This document shows positions 47,901 through 57,541 of a DNA stretch of 64,000 nt, in pieces. The stretch is from Candidatus Multivoradales bacterium. Lineage in GTDB: Bacteria > Acidobacteriota > Thermoanaerobaculia > Multivoradales > J023. The stretch is taken from NCBI GenBank assembly GCA_965248925.1, contig CBDFLE010000004.1:128001-192000 (forward strand), read 5' to 3'. Made by a program: the position numbers and the translations under genes. Within the stretch, counting starts at the first letter, position 1, and every line of letters begins with the position of its first letter. The notes under the pieces are model-generated. The model saw nothing but the letters and a program-made list of their open reading frames with translations, had not been told where the DNA came from and did not search any database.

Positions 47901-50900
47901 AGCCACTGAAGCCGCTGGAAGTGACGATGGCGGCGCCGGCTGGCACCGCACCAGCTGGCACCGCAGCGGGCAGCCTCTGGCTGCTGCGCCGGCAGCTCGA
48001 GATTGCCGATTTACCGTGGATGGTCCACGCCGAGCTGGCTCTCGATGGCGGTGAGCTGAGCACGATCCACACCGTGGGCGAAGCCCAATCCGCCAACTCC
48101 GGCGAGGTGGGTGGCACCAAGTCAGGCACGTTTGACGTGCCGGCCCCTCTGCGGGTACTGAGCCCGGCAGAAGCCGCCGCGCGGCTGCCGCGCTCGGGCT
48201 TCTTGAGCGCTCTGCCGCCTGCTGACCCAGCGGCTCTGGTCGAGGTCGAGCCGCCCCTGGCCGGCTTGGGAGCGGCCAAGGCGACCGTCGCCCCTACCTT
48301 GGCGGACTATCTGGTCGGCGTCTCCCGCCCCGGCGTCTATCAGGCAGCGCGGGCCGAGGTCGAGCTGGGTTGGATCGCCTTCCCCTTCCGTGGCGCCCAA
48401 GACCTGGTGGTGCGCAGCGCCGAGTTGCCCGAGGTGGTGCTGGCGCTCGATGCGGTCAACCGCTCCTTCCTGCCGCTAGGCGCCGGTGCCTTGCCGGTTG
48501 AACTCAGCCCGACGCCATTGAACGCCGATCCCGCCGCGCCGGGGACCAAGGCGCCGCCAGCGGGCGAGCCCAAGGCCGACTCGGTGGAGATCCAGGTGCT
48601 CGATTTCGCCGGTGTCGAGCTTTACCGGCTGGTGGTCGACGCCCCGACCCAGCAGCTGGTGCTGCTGACCCCCAGCCAGCTACCCAACGCCGGGCCGCCC
48701 ATGCCGCTGGGCGGTGGGCCGCTGCGCTTCCATGCTTTTAGCGCCGCTCCAGGCACTAGCGAGATCGCCGCCGGCATCAGCGCCGAGCTGGAGGGTAACT
48801 CGCTCACCGTGCGCGGCGAGGCCGGCAGTGCCGGAGCTGGAGTGGCGGTGCGTTTGATCGATCTAGAAAGCTCGAACGTGCTCAGCGCTACGGCTTCTCC
48901 AGGCGGTAGCTTCAGCGTCGTCGCCAGTCCGTCGCAGCTCGGCGATCAGCTGGTGCTGGCGATCTCGGCCAAGCTCACTCCCGGCCAGCCGCTGCGCCTC
49001 GACTTCTCAGAAGCCTTGCAAGAAGAGGCGCCAGGTATCCGGGTCGAGCACGACGGGATGGCGCTGCCGATCACCAAAGAGCCTCTGGGCAGCTGGGCAC
49101 AGCTGCGGATCCATGGCGGCTGGCAGGCTGGCAAGACCTACAACTTGCGCCTGGACTCGACCATGGCCGACGCCGCCGGCTTACCTTGGGACGCAAACAT
49201 GACTCTGCCTTTCGAAGTCGCCGAATCGAGCGCCGGCACTAGCTTCGCGCTCGACGAGGCGCACGACATCGCGCGCCTCGGCTCGTTGCTCTTCGTGGCC
49301 GCCGGAGCCGATGGCCTGGCGGTGCTCGACGCCAGCGACCCGCGCCAGCTGAAGAACTGGCTGGCGGCTGAGACCTACGTCGACCTGGTCGCGGAGCCCG
49401 GTCTACCGGTGCGCGGGGTGGCGACCGACAGCCATGGCCGGGTGGTGGCAGTAGGGGGTGGCGTCGCCCGCCGGGGGGTGCTGCTGATCCTCGATCCGCA
49501 AGAGCTGCCCCAGGGTGCCGCGACGGTGCCCGCGGCGGCGATTCTCGGCCGCACCCTCCTCACCGAGCCCCAGCTGGCTGGCTCGGGTGCCCCGCCGCTG
49601 CTCATCGGTCGGCCGCTGGAGGTCGAAATCTTCAACCGCGACCAGAGCACGACTTGGACGCTGGGGGAGGCGGTGCCGCCGGGCCTCACCCTGGCCCCGC
49701 CCAGTCCACCGAGCGGCACGGCGGCCGTCTCGCTCACGGTCAGCGGCATGGCGACGGCGGAGCGTCCGGTGACCTTGCGCAATCTCACCACCGGCGAGCG
49801 CGACAGCGCTCGCGTCGGCAGTGCTGGTGGCGGCGGTGCTGGCAGTTTCTCCCTGAGTCTCAGCGTGCAGCGCGGCGACCGCCTGGAGCTACTGCGCAAC
49901 GAGCTGTCCCTGGCCTACGTGGCAGGTTACGACGCCGGGGTGGTGACGGTGGATCTGAACGCCGTCGAAGCGGCCGATGAGGAAGTCGACGATCCTTGGG
50001 ATGCTTTCGATCTGCTGCGCTACAACACTCATTATTTTGTACCGACCGAGGTGCTGTGCTCGACGTTTGAGAACGATCAGCGCTTCGACGTGATCGACGC
50101 GCGGGTGCTGCCGGCGGCGTCGGAGGGCGAGCCTTGGAGCGTGCTGGCTCTGGTTGAGAACTATGGCTTGCTGTCGCTCGGTGCCTCGGTCGCCACTCCG
50201 CTGGAGAAGCTGGCCTACCGCGACGCTCTGTGCGGCGAGGTCGACGGCAACCGCAAGCTGGGCGGTCTCGATGTGCTGCCCGGCTACCGCTTCGACCGTA
50301 ACGGCGACGGTGTGCTGGACGACACTGAGCCCGAGCGTGACTACGCGCTGCTCACCAACACCGTCGGTGGCGGCGGTCGTGGCTGGCTGCTGATTGTCGA
50401 TGTCACCGAGCGCGATGAGCTGCGCCGGGTGGGCCGCATCGAGCTGCCCGGCCCGGCGACGCGGGTGACCGCCGATGCAATCGGCCGCCGCGCCCTGGTC
50501 TCAGGCCTCGGTGGCGGGGTCTACATCGTCGACCTCGACCGGTGGCCCGAGCTGGGTGGCGGCGGCGGAACCCCTCAGATCTGGTCGAGCGATCGGGTGG
50601 TCGAGCGCCTGAGCTTTGGCGAGGACGTGCGCGCCCCCACCCTGGTGGCTCCAGAACTGGGCCTGGCCTTCGCCGGTGGCGTTGCCCGCGGCGTGACCCC
50701 CCTCAGCACCGGCCTGCCACGCCTGTCGCTGGTGACTAGCGGCAAAAAGGGACTGCGCCGGGTCGCCCGGTTGGCGCCATTTGGCGCGCCTAGCGCGCCG
50801 GAGAGCGCCGAGGAAGGTGCCGAAGAAATACCCGGCCTGATCCGCGTGCAGGCGCAGCTTCCCGGTGGCCTGGCCGATGCCGAGGGCAAGATCCGCGTCG

Positions 50901-53900
50901 ACCTCGCGGGCATCGGCCCCGCCGGGCTGCCGCTGCGCGGCCTTGGTGAGGGGCTGATGGACGAGCCCGTGGCCGAGCTGAAAGACGATAAGGCGCTGGT
51001 GCTGCAACGGCAGTCAGACAACCCCCTCTCAGAGGGCTACAACGTCTTCCTCTCCGACCCGGTGGTGCTGCTGGCCGATGTACGCGCTTCGGCGCATTTC
51101 GAGCGCTCGGAGGCCGAGAAGAAGGTCTGCCGCCGCTGCGACCTGGTGGACGAGGGGGTCTACACCGCGGCCGATCTACCTCCCAACGAGCTGCATGTCG
51201 AGCTGCTGTCGGGCCATCAAGTGCGGGCTAGCTACAGCGCAGCCTTCGCCACCAGCCTTGCCGGCCTCTACGATGCCGACCTGCTAGCGGGCTACGCCGT
51301 CGTCGCCGACAGCGTGCCCTGGGATCTCAGCCCCTCGCCGCACCAGGAGCCGGTACTCAATGCCGCCACTAGCGCGATGGCGGCGCCGGGCACCCTCTTG
51401 CACTCAGGAGAGATGACCCGCCAGGCGATCGACTTAAGCCTCCAAGGCCGGGGATTGGACCTCGCCTTGGTGCGCACCTACCGCAGCCAGACCATCAGCA
51501 ACGGCCCCCTCGGCCCGGGCTGGGATCATGGCTACCGCCTGCGCCTGCGGCTCTTGCCCAATGGCGATATCGACTTCTTCGACGGCACTGGCCGCCGCGA
51601 GACCTTCACCTTGGAAGACGACGGCAAGCTTATGCCGCCCGTCGGCCGCTTCGTCCAGCTCAAGAAGTACGCCGAGGGCTACACCCTGATCGGCAGCGGC
51701 TACCAGCGCTGGCGTTTCGACCGCTGGGGTCGTTTAGTGTCGATGATCGACTCGGTGCGCACCAGCGAAGAGACCGGCAACGAGATCACCTTCCACTACG
51801 ACGCCCACTCGCGCCTGGCGCGAATCCACGACGATCTCGACCGCAACACCTTCCTGCACTACGACGACGAAGGCCGCCTGGAGAAGATCGTCGACTTCAG
51901 TGATCGCGACTTCCTCTACCACTACGACGCCCAGGGAAGATTGACCAGTTTCGAGACTCCAGTCGTCGACCTCGGCAGCGGCAGCAGCCAGCGTCTATCG
52001 ACCACCTACGCCTACCACGCCGCCGGCACCGGCCTGGCTGGCCAGCTCAGCCAACGCGATGATCTGAAAAGCGAGACCGACGCCAAGAGCCAGACCTGGC
52101 TCACCCTGCGGTATCAGGATTCCGACGGCAACGGCCGCCCCGATGCGCTCAAAGAACAAGATTGGGGAGCGGAGACAGTGCATTTGGCCTTCGATTTCGA
52201 CGGCCAGCAGACCACCCTGACCGATCGCCGAGGCAAAGTCTGGACCTACCATCTCAACGCTGCTGGGCAGGCCACCAGCCTGGTCGATCCGAAGTCAGCC
52301 AACGGGTCGTGGCAATACGACGGCGAGGGTCTGCTGACCCGCGCCACCCGCCCCTTGGGTGGGGCTACCCAGATCGAGTATCCGGCGGACACCTCCGGCG
52401 ACCGCCGCGGCAGAGGCGATGCCCAGCGGATGGTTAAGATCGCCGATGGCCGCGGCCCCAACGGCTCGCCCAGCGAGCTGGTGACCACCTGGGAATACCA
52501 CTCACCGACCCACCAGCCCAGCCGAAAAACCGAGCCCGGTGGCGCGGTGACGGTGTGGGAACGGACGGATAATGGCCTGCCCGAGCAGATCGTGCGGGCC
52601 GCTGGCGCGGCGGAGCAGAGCATCACTGGGTTGAGCTACAACGCCCACGGCCAGCTGCTGGAAGCCACCAATCCCAACGGCCACGTCACCCGCCACAGCT
52701 ATTTCACCTCTGGCTCAGAAGAAGGCTACTTGAAGCAAACTGAAGTCGACCCTGGCGGTCTCAGCCTGGTCACCATTTACGAGCGCAACGATCGCGGCCA
52801 GCTGGAGGCGATCACCGATCCGCGAGGCGTGCGCCATGAGACCGAGCTGAACAGGCTGGATTGGCCGCTGGCCCAGGTAGCCGCCGCCAGCACCAGCGGT
52901 TTTCTGGCACCCCTCGGCTACCGCACGACCTGGCGCTATGACGCTAACGGCGACATCAGCGAAGTGTCTAGTCCTTTCGGCGATGGCTCAACTACGACGA
53001 TCGAGGTCCGCACCTACGGCGTGCTCGGCGAGCTGCTGTCGGCCGAGAGAGAGGTGGCTCCAGGGGGTCGACGTATTGTAGAGACCTCGACCTATGACCC
53101 AAACCTGAACCTCTTGACTCACGTCGACGGTGCCGGCCAGCGGGTCGAGCGCGAGTACGACGAGCGAGGACAGTTGTCTCTGGTGCGCCGCGGCTTGGGT
53201 ACCGGCGCATTGGCGACACCGATTGTCGAGCACCAGAGCTACGACCTGGACGGCCATTTGAGCAGTCAGCGCGATGGCCGCGGCATGACCTGGGAGGCCG
53301 AGCGCGATGGCCATGGTCGGGTGCTGCGCAGCCGCTCGCCTCTCGGCCACTACCGAGAGCAACGCTACAATCCGGCCGGCGATCTGGCTGCCCTGCTGGC
53401 CTACGATGCCGGGGGGCAGCTGCTAGTCGAGAGTGCTTTTGCCTACGATCTGCTGCACCGCCGCACCGAGACCACCGCCTGGCGCTGGACACCGGACCCG
53501 CAGCAGCCCGACCCCTCTCGTACCGCTGAGAAGACTCACCATCGGTGGGACGCCGCCAGCAACCTGCTCGAAGTCGAAGATCCGCTGGGTCGCCTGACCA
53601 GGACTTCTTACGATGCTGCCGAGCGCCCCGAGCGAGTGGAGCTGCCCGAGGGCAACGTGCGCCGCACGACCTACGATTCTGGTGGCTTGCCGATTACCGA
53701 GCATGCCGACGAGGTCGATCCGGCGGGCGGCTCGCACACCATCACCTATCAATCGACTTTCGATGCCCTCGGCCGCCGCCTCAGCCGCCAAGACGGAATC
53801 TTCGCCAACCGCACCCTCTGGACGCTGGATGCTCGCGGCCAGGTGACCCTCGAAATCGACCCGACGGGTCGATTCACCCGGCGCAGCTACGATGGGCTCA

Positions 53901-56900
53901 ACCGGATGACCCGCGAGGTGCGGCCGGAAGGAATCTCGGTCGACTACAGTTGGGACGACGCTTCGCGCCTCACCACCTACACCGACGCCCGCGGCCAGGC
54001 CACCCGCTGGGAGTACGACGGCGTGGGTCGGCGCACCAAAGTCGTCTATCCCGATCAGCAGCAGGAGCGTTGGGTCTATGACCCCACCAACAACGTCACC
54101 GAGCGCCACGATCCTCGCGGCCTGGTAGTGCATCAAAGCTGGGACGAGGCTGGCCGGTTGCAATCTCGTACTGTCACCCAGTCGCCGGGAGGCGCTGTGG
54201 AAGGGCCGATGGTCGAGGCTTTCTCCTTCGACGGCCTCGACCGCCTAATCAGAGCCCAGTCGGGAAGCGTAGTTACCGAGCGAGTCTACAACTCCCTCTC
54301 CCACCTGGCCTCAGAGACGAATGCCGGACGCACCACCAGCTGGCAGCGCAACGCCCTTGGCGAGCCCACTCGCACTAGCTACCCCTCGGGACGCCAGGTC
54401 GAGCGCACTTTCGACAATCTCGGCCGAGTTAGCACGGTCGGCGAGTCCGGCGCGCCAGCTTCGATTGCCAGCTATGGTTATCGCGGCCCGGCGATTGCCC
54501 GCAAAGACCTCGGCAATGGCCTCCAGGGCAACATGAGCTTCGATGGCCTGCGCCGCATGGTGGACAACAACTTCAGCTTGGCGGGGGAGTCCGCCACCTT
54601 CCAAGAATCTCTGGCCTGGAGCCCCCGCAGCCTCAAGACCGGCCAATCGCGGGGCGATCTGGGCGGTGCTGGCCGGGTCTTTGCCTACGATGGCGCTCAA
54701 CGCTTGATCGAATCCGCCCGCGTGCCCCCGGCGCTGGCTCAGCGCCCCGGTAACACGCCCCCCGACGTGGCCCTGTTGGCCAGCTTGCCCGAGCGCACTA
54801 GCTATCAGCACGACAACGCCATGAACCTGATTCGCAGCACCACCACCCAGCGTGGCATCGAGCAGATCACCGACTTACCGCCCGACAATCGCAATCGTCC
54901 CAGCGCCTTCGGCGGCGTTGCCCTCGAATGGGATGCCGCCGGCAACATGAAGCGCAAAGGCGATATGCAGATGTACTATGATTTACACAACCGCCTGACG
55001 CGGGTTACTCGGAGTGGTGTCGAAGTCGCCAAATATCACTACGATGCTTTCAATCGTCGGGTGAAGATCCAGACTCCGGTTTACTCTGAGGAGAGCGTCT
55101 GGGACGGCTGGCAGTCCATGGAAACCTACCGCAACGGTGTTTTGGCCTCGCGGCGGGTCTACGGCAATGGAATCGACGAGATTCTCCAGCACGAGGTCGA
55201 CCTCAACGGAGATGGTACTGTGGAGCAGACCTACTATCCGATCACCGACAGCACTGGCAATGTGGCGATGCTGACCTCTTCTAACGGCAAACCCATCGAG
55301 CGTTATTTTTACAGCCCCTATGGTGAGCGGCGGGTGTTGGTGGATCTGACTGCCCCGAGCAATCATCAACTTCTCATCGATACTTCCGGGATGCTGCGAA
55401 TCGAGCTGAGCGAAGAGGTTTCTATCGAGGAGCTTGAATCGGGCCTGGCAGATGGCCGGATCAAGCTAGAGAGAGTGTCCGACGGGTCGCAGATTCCTCT
55501 TACCCTGGACCTGCCCGTTCAAGGCGGACCGCTGGCTCGACGCCGGTTGGTGCTGGCCCCAGCCACGCCGCCCGCGGCAGGGGAGCAAGTGCGGTTCCAA
55601 GTGGCGCCCTCGGCGCTGCTCGATACTTTCCACAACTCGGCCGTCTCGGGTATCGACCACACCTGGGCCTGGTCGGCGACGCCCAGCGTGCTCCAGGACA
55701 CGGCGCCGCCGAGAGTCAGCGAGGTAGTGGTCCGCTCGGGCGTTGTCGAGATCGTGTTTACGGAGGAAGTTGATCCAGCTGCTGCGGCGGCGATAGTACA
55801 GCTCGACGGCCAGCCCGCCAGCTGGACCTTGGCTGATGATCGCTACACCGTCATCGCTACTACCGCGCTGAGTGCTGGTTCCCACACCCTCGACATCGGC
55901 ACCGCGGCTCTCGACCTCGCCGGCACCGGCCTGGCCCAGCCCTTCAGCTTGGATCTTGAGATCGGTGCCGCTGCCAATCCACAGTCGGCTAACCTGACTG
56001 CAAAGAGTCCGGCTGGTGCCAAGGCGGAATCCGGTGACAGCTTCGTGGCCTACCAAGATGTGGACTTGCTCTTCAGCGACACCAGCGCGGTCGGCAACGT
56101 CTACGGCTTCCACGGCCGGCCACTCGATCGAGAGACCGGGCTGCTGTACTTCAGGAACAGGTATCTCGATCCGGAGATGGGACGGTTTATCAGCATGGAT
56201 CCGATGGGGTATGTGGATGGGCCTAGTGGGTATCAGTTTGCTGGGAGTTCGCCGGGGGATGGAAGGGATCCGTTGGGGTTGTGTGTGGGGAGGCTAAGAG
56301 AGACTGGTTTCTGCAAGGGCGTCAATGATTTGCTAACCGGGTATGGGCCGGTGGTCAATGACAATGCCGTTCTCAAGGAGTATGAAACGGTGAGACGGGA
56401 GGCGATTCGGGTTGTAGATGGTCTAGTTTTCTCGCCTAGGGTCGGACATCAGATCTATCCGAACCTGCACCATGGAAGCATGTCTTCTGTTGTAGGACTT
56501 GTTGTTCATCAGACGACTGCTGCTACCGCGACTTCTACTTACAATACGTATTCCAGTCCGGAGAGGACAGTTGGTGCTCACTTCTTGATCGAGAGGAATG
56601 GGAAAATCGTTCAAACGGCGTTGGTGAACCAACAGGCTTTCCACGTTGGCACTATGAAGTCGAAGTGTCTGGATGAATTCGAGGCTTGTGCCGTTGCGGT
56701 GGGTCCCTTCGTTGCGTTGTCAGCCGCTCTGGATATTGCCGAGTTCCTGCAGAGTCTTGCAATGGAGAATCATAGTCCGCGAGCACTCTCTGCCTACGAG
56801 AAGAAGAAGTCGTTCCCATTTCGGTATCCTTCGAATGCCGACTCAATCGGCATTGAGGCTGTTGGTGCAACTAGAGACCCTGCCACGGGAGCCTATCCAT

Positions 56901-57073
56901 ATTGGAAAAGCGATGCTGTTTTTGACGATGCAACGTCACGGCAAAACGATTCTTTGAAGTGGTTAGTCGGCCAACTGCGAAGGGTCTATGGTGTTGAGAA
57001 GATGTATGTTTACCGCCACCCGAGCATTGCGCGAAAGAATGCGGGCGAATCACAATCACTGGTGTGGGAGTAG
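41936..57073 (+). CDS. Giant RHS polymorphic toxin 2 with C-terminal N-acetylmuramoyl-L-alanine amidase (Amidase_2-like)
   Basis: Same N-terminal ~3440 aa as RHS 1. RNRYLDPEMGRFISMDPMG...DPLGL at ~56281. Tip has VVHQT, AHFLI..NGKIVQ, AFHVG, NADSIGIE and YRHP motifs. Confidence 0.92.
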   Translation: MPKQPSLRFLLILQVSLGVLLLSASAAQAAPVFVSVTPVDGTLSSAASVTLTIEVQAAASLQVDGQAVTTVDPSGTVWTAGPYSLSEGERVFVLIAEDASGVQAQQLHRVVRDSLPPVLSLSQPAAGAIVASSPLIVVGTAVDAHLAAVRVGGQVAALSGASFSHSLVLVEGEQTFTVEASDSLGQSGQQSVTVTLDSQPPTVALLEGAQPLAADALFNRSVVLSFSVTDATATTVEALLDGASFTSGTTVSAAGSHVFSVTATDAAGQPTSVSRSFEIDLTAPSFLSFTPSDGTLLADSQVTLSGVVEGAAALSVEGQAASLVGQSWTAGALQLIEGEREISILATDLAGNSASFTLHLERDATAPQLIGLVPSLDTVLATSPVAVSGTASDAHLLEVRVGGELASLTGSQFSHPAVVLVEGENLLPIVATDQVGHQATAELRLVLDTQAPTLSLLVAGVPLQGGAVFAGPVTPEISASDATEVVTSATLDGATYLPGTVIDGDGLHQLSVSASDAAGHQATVLVSFSLDLAAPVFADLAPVDGSVDSGAQVTLTGRAPGAVSVSVDGQAATLAGDGFSAGPFNLSEGERVFLLAATDSGGNVTQLTHHLTRDSTAPQLTLGQPAAGALLGSTSVDVSGTASDPRLDQVTVNGVLAELSGGAFLARQVPLIEGDNVLTVVAADTVGNEVQTTRSVTVDTTPPTVVITDPASGTITPEAGLTLSGSAADPHLDRVEVAGVGASLAGGQWSLAVDLQEGSNTFTVEAFDPLGHSTSASVTVTRDSSAPEIHIESPAEGLYSPAANLTVSGTVVAEPDLTVTVGGVAATVAGSSWSAAAVPLVEGENRLIARVTDALGNQGTHTRVVWRDNQAPEFLSSIPAAGALELPAGSSFRLRFSEPLAAPSGGAYSLSTLAGQALASSAEIDGDDLVITPQAALPSATELRLVLGAGLVDRAGNALAAAHTLAFTVVDGGSPAAPQLDAYASYLCAPATTLAGSAEPGAWIEVDGGASVGAGQVADDGRFAISVVLLPEGPNHLTVIAVDAAGNPSPATSADIVHDCTAPEVLGASREAAGFRIALSETVDPLSLSGSVRVYDGGMEIAGTESATASELIWTASGALPAVALLVEVEGALADLAGNPLAFPYRQLFDIALGGSFFSGTAIDDASGRPLAGVRAVVTASDGVALAEPWPEQTSGEDGRLVIALPAGTHDVTFARPGYTPVFRVVTTVDGQGTDVFDPRLTPAAAAVSIDASGGLVEGSSEVGTAPRLTLPLAGLASAAAVRLTAVGGQGLAALLPYGWAPRGAVWVDLSAVNLDSSATLDLPVTSADGTVLEAVTLDLATLQWRSLGVVTVSGGEVTMTVDGEGAWAAVEADSGALAPPPAVAGQMLGSSAAPPSGGVTSASLSFDPEVVLPTQRSWVQVLYGLAAEVPSGVPLTLSIEERLELLDGSVRRISPYSADLVLYRDSLGDPTSRFRLRPSAAARSLPVRLGAEQVSVRSYGDETVRGNVLGPDGGVVSSAEGDQVVLPTGALEEPTAVTLSRRTVADLPLAPPAGGTVDGVLELDLAGRRLLLPAELSWSLTPAPAAGTPGLLLGVVEVEGEPRYRAIAELEATATGWRTQAIDAADLAWPGVLEGGLYVFLRLDAAPRFVRGMVLDPGGAPVVGAVVESTTVPWLQISAAEGGYVLPILLDAATLSARRAVTGNAVAVALPAGVAAERVDLDLPLQIVAPWVEQITPSAGTSGVLLGVNPVVRFSEPVDRASLDGAIELRQGGVAVAVALDHQGALVTLLPQATLVPGSEYEVWVGAAVRDLQGYGLSGSVSVLFSTEVVATPAGVDRGRIFLVEPDAQGLARVEGVAGAAPAGTLVFVENLTSFSTTESVQSAGDGSFLLTIGASLEDQLLLHVLIDGGNEVVILLTPFLGADLRTGLAGTGAGEFTTADGITVRYSAGTFAGPSRVKVTPIAMGTLAAAEDFSELVTFRLEIAGAQPLKPLEVTMAAPAGTAPAGTAAGSLWLLRRQLEIADLPWMVHAELALDGGELSTIHTVGEAQSANSGEVGGTKSGTFDVPAPLRVLSPAEAAARLPRSGFLSALPPADPAALVEVEPPLAGLGAAKATVAPTLADYLVGVSRPGVYQAARAEVELGWIAFPFRGAQDLVVRSAELPEVVLALDAVNRSFLPLGAGALPVELSPTPLNADPAAPGTKAPPAGEPKADSVEIQVLDFAGVELYRLVVDAPTQQLVLLTPSQLPNAGPPMPLGGGPLRFHAFSAAPGTSEIAAGISAELEGNSLTVRGEAGSAGAGVAVRLIDLESSNVLSATASPGGSFSVVASPSQLGDQLVLAISAKLTPGQPLRLDFSEALQEEAPGIRVEHDGMALPITKEPLGSWAQLRIHGGWQAGKTYNLRLDSTMADAAGLPWDANMTLPFEVAESSAGTSFALDEAHDIARLGSLLFVAAGADGLAVLDASDPRQLKNWLAAETYVDLVAEPGLPVRGVATDSHGRVVAVGGGVARRGVLLILDPQELPQGAATVPAAAILGRTLLTEPQLAGSGAPPLLIGRPLEVEIFNRDQSTTWTLGEAVPPGLTLAPPSPPSGTAAVSLTVSGMATAERPVTLRNLTTGERDSARVGSAGGGGAGSFSLSLSVQRGDRLELLRNELSLAYVAGYDAGVVTVDLNAVEAADEEVDDPWDAFDLLRYNTHYFVPTEVLCSTFENDQRFDVIDARVLPAASEGEPWSVLALVENYGLLSLGASVATPLEKLAYRDALCGEVDGNRKLGGLDVLPGYRFDRNGDGVLDDTEPERDYALLTNTVGGGGRGWLLIVDVTERDELRRVGRIELPGPATRVTADAIGRRALVSGLGGGVYIVDLDRWPELGGGGGTPQIWSSDRVVERLSFGEDVRAPTLVAPELGLAFAGGVARGVTPLSTGLPRLSLVTSGKKGLRRVARLAPFGAPSAPESAEEGAEEIPGLIRVQAQLPGGLADAEGKIRVDLAGIGPAGLPLRGLGEGLMDEPVAELKDDKALVLQRQSDNPLSEGYNVFLSDPVVLLADVRASAHFERSEAEKKVCRRCDLVDEGVYTAADLPPNELHVELLSGHQVRASYSAAFATSLAGLYDADLLAGYAVVADSVPWDLSPSPHQEPVLNAATSAMAAPGTLLHSGEMTRQAIDLSLQGRGLDLALVRTYRSQTISNGPLGPGWDHGYRLRLRLLPNGDIDFFDGTGRRETFTLEDDGKLMPPVGRFVQLKKYAEGYTLIGSGYQRWRFDRWGRLVSMIDSVRTSEETGNEITFHYDAHSRLARIHDDLDRNTFLHYDDEGRLEKIVDFSDRDFLYHYDAQGRLTSFETPVVDLGSGSSQRLSTTYAYHAAGTGLAGQLSQRDDLKSETDAKSQTWLTLRYQDSDGNGRPDALKEQDWGAETVHLAFDFDGQQTTLTDRRGKVWTYHLNAAGQATSLVDPKSANGSWQYDGEGLLTRATRPLGGATQIEYPADTSGDRRGRGDAQRMVKIADGRGPNGSPSELVTTWEYHSPTHQPSRKTEPGGAVTVWERTDNGLPEQIVRAAGAAEQSITGLSYNAHGQLLEATNPNGHVTRHSYFTSGSEEGYLKQTEVDPGGLSLVTIYERNDRGQLEAITDPRGVRHETELNRLDWPLAQVAAASTSGFLAPLGYRTTWRYDANGDISEVSSPFGDGSTTTIEVRTYGVLGELLSAEREVAPGGRRIVETSTYDPNLNLLTHVDGAGQRVEREYDERGQLSLVRRGLGTGALATPIVEHQSYDLDGHLSSQRDGRGMTWEAERDGHGRVLRSRSPLGHYREQRYNPAGDLAALLAYDAGGQLLVESAFAYDLLHRRTETTAWRWTPDPQQPDPSRTAEKTHHRWDAASNLLEVEDPLGRLTRTSYDAAERPERVELPEGNVRRTTYDSGGLPITEHADEVDPAGGSHTITYQSTFDALGRRLSRQDGIFANRTLWTLDARGQVTLEIDPTGRFTRRSYDGLNRMTREVRPEGISVDYSWDDASRLTTYTDARGQATRWEYDGVGRRTKVVYPDQQQERWVYDPTNNVTERHDPRGLVVHQSWDEAGRLQSRTVTQSPGGAVEGPMVEAFSFDGLDRLIRAQSGSVVTERVYNSLSHLASETNAGRTTSWQRNALGEPTRTSYPSGRQVERTFDNLGRVSTVGESGAPASIASYGYRGPAIARKDLGNGLQGNMSFDGLRRMVDNNFSLAGESATFQESLAWSPRSLKTGQSRGDLGGAGRVFAYDGAQRLIESARVPPALAQRPGNTPPDVALLASLPERTSYQHDNAMNLIRSTTTQRGIEQITDLPPDNRNRPSAFGGVALEWDAAGNMKRKGDMQMYYDLHNRLTRVTRSGVEVAKYHYDAFNRRVKIQTPVYSEESVWDGWQSMETYRNGVLASRRVYGNGIDEILQHEVDLNGDGTVEQTYYPITDSTGNVAMLTSSNGKPIERYFYSPYGERRVLVDLTAPSNHQLLIDTSGMLRIELSEEVSIEELESGLADGRIKLERVSDGSQIPLTLDLPVQGGPLARRRLVLAPATPPAAGEQVRFQVAPSALLDTFHNSAVSGIDHTWAWSATPSVLQDTAPPRVSEVVVRSGVVEIVFTEEVDPAAAAAIVQLDGQPASWTLADDRYTVIATTALSAGSHTLDIGTAALDLAGTGLAQPFSLDLEIGAAANPQSANLTAKSPAGAKAESGDSFVAYQDVDLLFSDTSAVGNVYGFHGRPLDRETGLLYFRNRYLDPEMGRFISMDPMGYVDGPSGYQFAGSSPGDGRDPLGLCVGRLRETGFCKGVNDLLTGYGPVVNDNAVLKEYETVRREAIRVVDGLVFSPRVGHQIYPNLHHGSMSSVVGLVVHQTTAATATSTYNTYSSPERTVGAHFLIERNGKIVQTALVNQQAFHVGTMKSKCLDEFEACAVAVGPFVALSAALDIAEFLQSLAMENHSPRALSAYEKKKSFPFRYPSNADSIGIEAVGATRDPATGAYPYWKSDAVFDDATSRQNDSLKWLVGQLRRVYGVEKMYVYRHPSIARKNAGESQSLVWE

Positions 57074-57075
57074 AG

Positions 57076-57537
57076 ATGCCTAGTCGCCCTGTCAATACGC
57101 TTGGACACTTATTCGTCACCGCCTTCCTGTTTCTAGGTCTAGGCGGAAATCCTATGGATGTCGAGAAGGAGAACGAGCCGTCTCGCTTTGTAGATGTGTA
57201 CGGGCGGAAGTTCACTATAGAAATCCAGGAGCTTAAAGGGGACTTCGAGGAAAGGGTTTGTCAGCAGTTTCATCTGGAAGCTAAAGATGTGAAGTTTTTT
57301 TTCGACAATGCTGTATTAGTTGACGGTTACACTCTAGAGAAGGAGTATCCATGGTACCCCTGTGGTTTGAACGGGAAAATAACCATTGGCGAGCAAATCT
57401 TCGAGTGGGAGATTACGCCCGGGGGCAAGGGTGTGCTAGAGCCTATTTCTGGAGCTGAAGAGTCAGTCTGCCTAGTGTGTGATCTAGGCTGTGAGGATGT
57501 TTTTCCGCATGGTGGGAATATGTTCAGGGGCGAATAG
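57076..57537 (+). CDS. Putative exported immunity protein for the amidase toxin
   Basis: ATG 2 nt after the toxin stop, behind GGGAG. Hydrophobic N-terminus (HLFVTAFLFLGLGG), several Cys, low GC. Confidence 0.75.
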   Translation: MPSRPVNTLGHLFVTAFLFLGLGGNPMDVEKENEPSRFVDVYGRKFTIEIQELKGDFEERVCQQFHLEAKDVKFFFDNAVLVDGYTLEKEYPWYPCGLNGKITIGEQIFEWEITPGGKGVLEPISGAEESVCLVCDLGCEDVFPHGGNMFRGE

Positions 57538-57541
57538 GGTC

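Noticed and set aside
41936-52270. Duplication as a pure assembly artefact
   Set aside because: The copies differ by many scattered, often synonymous substitutions, an indel, an IS and distinct flanks. Long-read confirmation is still desirable.
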